A DNA stretch of 64,000 nt from an uncultured beta proteobacterium (GTDB lineage Bacteria; Pseudomonadota; Gammaproteobacteria; Burkholderiales; JAEUMW01). The stretch's first letter is position 1; each line of letters opens with the position of its first letter. Both the position numbers and the translations under genes were made by a program. The notes under the pieces are model-generated. The model saw only the letters and a list, made by a program, of their open reading frames with translations, was not told the origin of the DNA and searched no databases. Of the stretch, positions 59,208-64,000 are shown piece by piece. The stretch lies in contig CAVTGS010000021.1 in the NCBI GenBank assembly GCA_963734295.1, positions 4,892 to 68,891 on the forward strand, in the 5' to 3' direction.

Positions 59208-60455
59208 TCAGGGCAGCACCGTCACTTCAGGGATGGGCACCACGAAGCGTCCTCCCCAGGAGCGAATATGCGACATCTGGTCGGCGATCTCGCTCTTCAG
59301 GTTCCATGGAAGAATCACGACGAAGTCCGGCTTGGTTTCCGCGATCCGGCCCGGATGGCAGATAGGGATGCGGGTTCCAGGCAGGAATCGCCCCTGTTTG
59401 TGCGGGCTTCGATCGACCGTGTAGTCGAGAAAGTCCGTCCGAATTCCGCAGTAATTGAGCAGCGTATTTCCCTTGCCGGGAGCACCGTAGCCGACGACAT
59501 GCTTGCCTGCCCGCTTGGCCTCGATGAGAAACGTGAGGAGCTTCCGCTTGGTTTCCTTCACTCGCTCACCGAACCCCGCATACGTCGCCACATTCTCGTA
59601 CCCCAGCGCCTTCTCCCTTGCGCGAAGGGACGCGACTCGCTGGCTGACAGGTTTCGTAGCGTCCGCTGCATGGCGCGCAAAGATGCGCAGGGATCCGCCG
59701 TGAGTCGGCACCTCTTCCACATCGAAGAGGGTAAGGCCGTGTGCGGCGAAAACGCGCTCGACCGTCACGAAGGAGAAGTACGAGAAGTGCTCGTGGTAAA
59801 TGGTGTCGAACTGGTTCTCCTCCATCAGGCGCTGCAGGTGCGGAAATTCCATCGTGATGACGCCCGCAGGCTTGAGAAGGATCTTCATTCCGCCCACGAA
59901 ATCGTTCAGATTCGGAACGTGTGCCAGAACGTTGTTACCGAGCAGCAGGTCCGCGTGCATCCCTTGGGCAGCCAAATCTCTAGCGGTCTCCGTCCCGAAG
60001 AACCGCACGACGGTACGAATTCCTCGCTCCTCCGCCACCTTTGCCGTGTTAGCCGCTGGCTCGACGCCTAGCACCGGTATTCCCTGCTTTACGAACCACT
60101 GCAGCAGGTAACCATCGTTGCTCGCCAGCTCCACCACGCGACTGTGGGTGCCAAGTCCAAAGCGCTCGGTGACCAATTTTGCATAAGCTCTCACGTGATC
60201 GAGCCAGCTGTCCGAATATGACGAAAAATATGCGTACGCACCATCGCCGAAGATAACCTCAGGAGAGACGAATTCGTCGAGCTGAACCAGGAAGCATTTA
60301 TCGCAGACATACGCATGCAGCGGATAGAATGGCTCCATCCTGCTCACGTCTTCTGGCTCCACGTGCTTTTGGCATAGTGGCGAAGTCCCGAGATCGACAA
60401 AAGTGTGCACGAGCGGCGCTTCGCAGAAGCGGCAAGGGGTTGACTTGGTAGGCAT
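59208..60455 (-). CDS. NDP-hexose C-methyltransferase family (N-terminal Zn ribbon, class I SAM MTase, C-terminal C-methyltransferase domain; TylCIII-like)
   Basis: CRFCEAPL...FVDLG.SPL........YPLHAYVC..CFLVQL (Methyltransf_13), VVELASNDGYLL (SAM), ..YGAPGKGNTLLNYCGI....L.Y.VD.SP.K.G.F.PG..IPI (Methyltransf_14). Start taken at MPTKS. Confidence 0.8.
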   Translation of the reverse strand: MPTKSTPCRFCEAPLVHTFVDLGTSPLCQKHVEPEDVSRMEPFYPLHAYVCDKCFLVQLDEFVSPEVIFGDGAYAYFSSYSDSWLDHVRAYAKLVTERFGLGTHSRVVELASNDGYLLQWFVKQGIPVLGVEPAANTAKVAEERGIRTVVRFFGTETARDLAAQGMHADLLLGNNVLAHVPNLNDFVGGMKILLKPAGVITMEFPHLQRLMEENQFDTIYHEHFSYFSFVTVERVFAAHGLTLFDVEEVPTHGGSLRIFARHAADATKPVSQRVASLRAREKALGYENVATYAGFGERVKETKRKLLTFLIEAKRAGKHVVGYGAPGKGNTLLNYCGIRTDFLDYTVDRSPHKQGRFLPGTRIPICHPGRIAETKPDFVVILPWNLKSEIADQMSHIRSWGGRFVVPIPEVTVLP

Positions 60456-60589
60456 GATCTCGACAGCAGGTGGAAATGAGCGGGGATTATATCGCCGTGC
60501 CGTACACATGACCATTCACCCCCGGATGAGCGGCGTTCCGAAAAGGCGCCCAGGGATTGGCGAGAGGATTTGCCCCGTGAGCGACGCAC

Positions 60590-61205
60590 CGATGCAACCC
60601 GACCCCGGATCAGGCCCTTTCCGATTGGACCGCGTCGCCATTGATCACGACGGCTTGCAGCGCCCTGCGCTCAACGCCAGAATTCTGGCCTGCGGGATCG
60701 GTAAGACCTACTGGCTCTAGCCGCTTCCGGAAGGTCCGGTCGAAACGGTGCGGGTTTCTTTGGCGAGTCTCCATGATTGAAAGCTTCCCGCCCTGTTCAG
60801 AAGGCGACTGGAGTCTCGCTGCATTCCGACAACGACTTGCATTACGCAGCCGCGAGTGCGAAGCGATGATCTGTCCCACTGTCCAGCATGGCCAAGGAGT
60901 GTACACTCGCCTCCAGAGCGTGCCTTCGGAAACGGACCTCCGTCGGGCATTCCTCATAGATCTGGAGCGGAAGGAGGACGAATGGTGGGGCTGCGCCACG
61001 GATCACCCACACGGCTCCAGCACCTTGCGGACGAGCAGTCGGCGGACAACAGGGCATGCTGTACATACCAGAAGGCTTTGCGAATGGTTTCCAGACGTCT
61101 GGTACTCACTGGAACGGCCCAGCCTACACCCTTGCCTGGGCGCTGGCGGACCGACCCGACAATGAACGACCGCGACAGGAATTGCGCGGACTCCCCGCGC
61201 TGAGC
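60590..61205 (+). pseudogene. RmlC-like cupin (NDP-4-keto-6-deoxyhexose 3,5-epimerase family) remnant, multiple frameshifts
   Basis: Epimerase landmarks are scattered over all three plus-strand frames: ..VGLRHGSPTRLQH.. (DLRxGSPTfg), ..SADNRA.. then LYIPEGFANGFQT (the cupin xYIPxGFAHGF motif), ..VWYSLERP.. and ..TDPTMNDRDRN.. No single ORF covers them. Confidence 0.45.
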
Positions 61206-61224
61206 TGATCCAAGACACCTCTTT

Positions 61225-62574
61225 GTGGAGCACTCGTCGACTCCGATGAAGCTCACCGAACTCATCAAGTCCGTCGACCCGGAAGCTGTGGGCAGTGAGA
61301 TGCACAGACTCGCGGCCGAAATGTATCCACTTTGTCGAAGCATTACCGGAAACGGTCTGCGGCAAACGCTCGATACCGTTCGCCAGCACATTCCGCTCAA
61401 CCTGCACGAGGTGCCGAGCGGATCGGAAGTCTTCGACTGGACGGTGCCCAACGAGTGGAACATACGCGATGCGTACATCAAGAATGCGCAAGGCGAGCGT
61501 CTGGTAGATTTCCGTAAGCATAATCTGCACGTGGTGAGCTACAGTGAACCGGTGAATAGGAGGATGTCACTTGAGGAATTGACGCCTCACCTCTTTACGC
61601 TTCCCGACCAGCCGGAATGGATTCCATATCGCACGAGCTACTACAAAGAGACCTGGGGTTTCTGTCTTTCGCACCGTGAATTCGAGCGGCTGCAGGACGG
61701 TCAGTATGAGGTATGCATAGACTCGATACTGACACCGGGGAGCTTGACACTCGGGGAGTGCTACCTAGCGGGCGAGATCGAGGATGAGGTTCTCTTCTCC
61801 TGCCACTGCTGCCACCCATCCCTTGCGAACGACAATTTGTCCGGTATTGCGCTCGCGGTGGCGCTTGCAAAGCGACTTTCCGAGGTCTCACATCGGTACT
61901 CCTATCGATTCCTGTTTGTTCCCGGCACCATCGGTTCAATCACTTGGCTCGCGTTGAACGAAGCGAAAACAGACCGCATCCGACATGGTCTGGTGTTGTC
62001 TTGTGTAGGCGATGCAGGGGGATTCTCGTACAAGAAATCGCGCCGGGGCGACGCCGAGATCGACCGCGCGGTGCTCCACGTGTTGAAGGCCGATGACGTG
62101 CCGCATCGCGTGATCGAGTTTTTCCCCTATGGCTACGACGAGCGACAGTACTGCTCGCCGGGGTTCAACCTCGCGGTGGGTTGCCTGATGCGCTCGCAGC
62201 ACGGAACGTTTCCCGAATACCATACGAGCGCGGACAACCTCGCGTTCATTCAGCCGTCCGCCCTCGGGCAGTCGTTCGCGAAAGTGCTCGAAATCGTCCA
62301 GGTCCTCGAGCAGAACCGGGTCTACTTGAATCAAAAGCCTAAGTGCGAACCACGGCTGGGCAAACGCGGGCTCTACGGCGGTCTGGGTGGCACCAGACGG
62401 GGCGAGTTCGGGGAGTTAGCCCTGTTATGGGTGCTCAACCTCTCAGACGGCCAGCATGATCTGTTGGCGATTGCAGAGCGGTCAGGGATACGCTTCCGCG
62501 AGATTGCGGCGGCCGCAGATGCTCTGCGCGCGTGCGGACTCCTCGAGCCGTATGCATCTGACGGCGCGCGATAG
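61225..62574 (+). CDS. DUF4910 / aminopeptidase-like (M28-related) protein with C-terminal winged-helix domain
   Basis: 449 aa. ..LYPLCRSITGNGLRQTLD.......L...EVPSG..VFDW.VP.EWNI.DAYI.......V.DF...NLHVV.YS.P ... HP.LANDNLSG ... FVPGTIGSI.WL is the DUF2172/DUF4910 pattern common in glycan loci. An alternative start is MKLTEL at 61246. Confidence 0.7.
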   Translation: MEHSSTPMKLTELIKSVDPEAVGSEMHRLAAEMYPLCRSITGNGLRQTLDTVRQHIPLNLHEVPSGSEVFDWTVPNEWNIRDAYIKNAQGERLVDFRKHNLHVVSYSEPVNRRMSLEELTPHLFTLPDQPEWIPYRTSYYKETWGFCLSHREFERLQDGQYEVCIDSILTPGSLTLGECYLAGEIEDEVLFSCHCCHPSLANDNLSGIALAVALAKRLSEVSHRYSYRFLFVPGTIGSITWLALNEAKTDRIRHGLVLSCVGDAGGFSYKKSRRGDAEIDRAVLHVLKADDVPHRVIEFFPYGYDERQYCSPGFNLAVGCLMRSQHGTFPEYHTSADNLAFIQPSALGQSFAKVLEIVQVLEQNRVYLNQKPKCEPRLGKRGLYGGLGGTRRGEFGELALLWVLNLSDGQHDLLAIAERSGIRFREIAAAADALRACGLLEPYASDGAR

Positions 62575-62578
62575 TGAT

Positions 62579-63679
62579 CTACCTGAGGCCTGCTTCGGAG
62601 AGACGTACCCAGGAGAGTCCCCGCTCCGCCTCGATCACTGCCTCCATGGCCGCCTGTGCGGCAAGCCCATCGTAAAAGGAGGCGTCGCTCTCCGAGTCAA
62701 GCCGACCGCGCAAGCACGCATCGACGAAGCTTCGCATCATGCGCCCCACTGAGTGGGGCTGACCGTCGTGAGCCTCTGCCGGCAGCGCTAACTCTTGCCA
62801 CTCCGGAGCACTAGGGCGCGAGACTTTGAGCCGGTCGACGGTGCCTCGGCTAAGACCCGCTTTGAGCGCACCTTCAGGACCGATAACTTCGAGGTAGCCC
62901 TTCTCCGCAAAAGGGGGCGTGATGCGGCCGATGAACCATTGGCCTCGGACCCCGCTGATATGCCTAAACCAAGCCGCCGCGATCTCTTCGGTTTCGATGG
63001 CGCTGGACTCACCGCTGACAGCATCTATTCCTTGGCGGGGAAGGTGGTGCAGAAAGCCGCTGACCGCATCGATAGGCCCCAGTGCGAAGCGAACCATGTC
63101 GAAGAGGTGTGAGCCAAGATTGAACAGAACACCGCTGCCGGCCGTGGCCTTCTTGTCCTGCCAGAAGACCTTACGGTTCGCGTCCAGGCCCTCCCAGCCG
63201 TCGTACTGGATGCGCGCGTAGTACGGTTCGCCGATGTCTCCAGCTCGAAGGCGACGGCGAAGCTCCGGGACGGCAAAGCCGTATCGGAATATGAAGCCGA
63301 CCTGATGCACGATTCCGGCACGCTCGGCGGCCGCAAGCATCGCACGCGCTTCATCGACATTCATTCCGAGCGGCTTCTCGCAGAAGACGTGTTTGCGTTG
63401 ACCACAGGCCGCCAGCGCTTGTTCACAGTGAACTGCATTGGGTGTGACGATGGTGACGGCGTCGATGTCGGGCCGCGCACAAAGCTCGCGATAATCCGTA
63501 TGAACTTCAGGCACACCGAGACGGCTCGCGAGCGCGCGGGTTGGTTCGCGCCTCCGACCGCAAACAGCGACCACCTCGGCGTTCGGATGCGATTGCAGGC
63601 CGGGGATATGTCCCACTTCGGCGAACGAACCCGCCCCAATCACACCGACGCGCAGCTTACCGGTATGCGTCATCGCCAT
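62579..63679 (-). CDS. Gfo/Idh/MocA-family NAD(P)-dependent oxidoreductase
   Basis: 366 aa. LRVGVIGAGSFAEVGHIPGLQ..PNAEVVAVC.R........A...G.........EL......DAV.IVTPN..H......A......VFCEKP. Confidence 0.85.
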   Translation of the reverse strand: MAMTHTGKLRVGVIGAGSFAEVGHIPGLQSHPNAEVVAVCGRRREPTRALASRLGVPEVHTDYRELCARPDIDAVTIVTPNAVHCEQALAACGQRKHVFCEKPLGMNVDEARAMLAAAERAGIVHQVGFIFRYGFAVPELRRRLRAGDIGEPYYARIQYDGWEGLDANRKVFWQDKKATAGSGVLFNLGSHLFDMVRFALGPIDAVSGFLHHLPRQGIDAVSGESSAIETEEIAAAWFRHISGVRGQWFIGRITPPFAEKGYLEVIGPEGALKAGLSRGTVDRLKVSRPSAPEWQELALPAEAHDGQPHSVGRMMRSFVDACLRGRLDSESDASFYDGLAAQAAMEAVIEAERGLSWVRLSEAGLR

Positions 63680-63953
63680 TCGCGGTTCGTCGAAAATCTC
63701 GCTGCAGCGTCAAACGCGGCTTTTCTGCCATCAGAAGCGAGATAATGTAAGCACAAGGACCGTGACACATGTGGTCGACTCGGAGTTCGATTGTTCCGCT
63801 GATTCGTTCTCCCGAGTATAGCTCAGGCAAACGGTGCCATCCGATAGCCACCATGGGAAATCATGGCCAACATATTGCTGATGGGTGGCCGAGCTTTCAG
63901 GGCACCACCAGAGCGTGAATGGCGAACGGCGAGAGGACCGGATAGTGCATGAT

Positions 63954-64000
63954 ATGTCCAAGTTAACTACGTACGCGGTCGTTGGCGGCGGCATCATCGG
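63954..64000 (+). CDS. 5' end of a dinucleotide-binding (GxGxxG) oxidoreductase; the gene runs off the window
   Basis: ATG at 63954 gives MSKLTTYAVVGGGIIG, a Rossmann beta1-loop motif. Only 15 codons are visible. Confidence 0.3.
   Translation, partial: MSKLTTYAVVGGGII

Noticed and set aside
63731-63997. 88-aa minus-strand ORF at the window end
   Set aside because: No RBS or start context and an odd composition. It overlaps the better-supported plus-strand start MSKLTTYAVVGGGIIG at 63954.

Overview
High-GC proteobacterial chromosome segment. The gene order (ppc<>hemC-hemD-hemX-hemY, cutA-dsbD, aroQ-accB-accC-prmA, rsmI<>lpoA-yraN-diaA-dolP, coaX-birA) looks most like Betaproteobacteria, but I cannot confirm the taxon without a search. 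There are four blocks. (1) 1-4.5 kb is a visibly more AT-rich accessory patch next to ppc. It holds an intact IS3-family element with a T-TTT-TTA -1 frameshift site. The IS abuts a truncated, frameshifted P-loop NTPase that has a C-terminal S1 RNA-binding domain. A DUF2934 mini-protein is also present. (2) 4.5-23.8 kb is core housekeeping. Many genes there, including essential ones such as accC, accB and hemC, are broken by one to six frameshifts as assembled. The indels I could localise sit at short homopolymer runs, so I read them as assembly or sequencing errors rather than real pseudogenes. (3) 23.8-46.6 kb is clean core genome. It contains a tightly packed 12-gene minus-strand operon (secreted small protein, glutathione peroxidase, VOC, FolE2, FAD oxidoreductase, an unlisted 39-codon micro-ORF, DUF1365, CFA synthase, chalcone-isomerase-like, MFS, DUF3833, SDR). 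The operon diverges from a MerR/B12-binding (LitR/CarH-like) regulator, and a soluble di-iron desaturase-like gene follows the regulator. This looks like a light or photo-oxidative-stress lipid-modification regulon. (4) 46.7-64 kb is a lower-GC surface-polysaccharide locus: Wzx flippase, a PP-loop AsnB-like protein, RfbF, a sugar C-methyltransferase, PIG-L, a decayed RmlC-like cupin, DUF4910 and Gfo/Idh/MocA. My best candidate for a new system lies inside it at 50.4-55.4 kb. This is a co-directional four-gene cassette: MBOAT, a DltD-like SGNH membrane protein, an FkbH-like HAD-IIIC loader and an acyl carrier protein. It maps one-to-one onto DltB/DltD/DltA/DltC, but with a glyceryl-ACP-type loader in place of a D-Ala ligase. 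I found no rRNA, tRNA or CRISPR array. All calls rest on reading the ORF translations and the DNA by eye; no database search was run.
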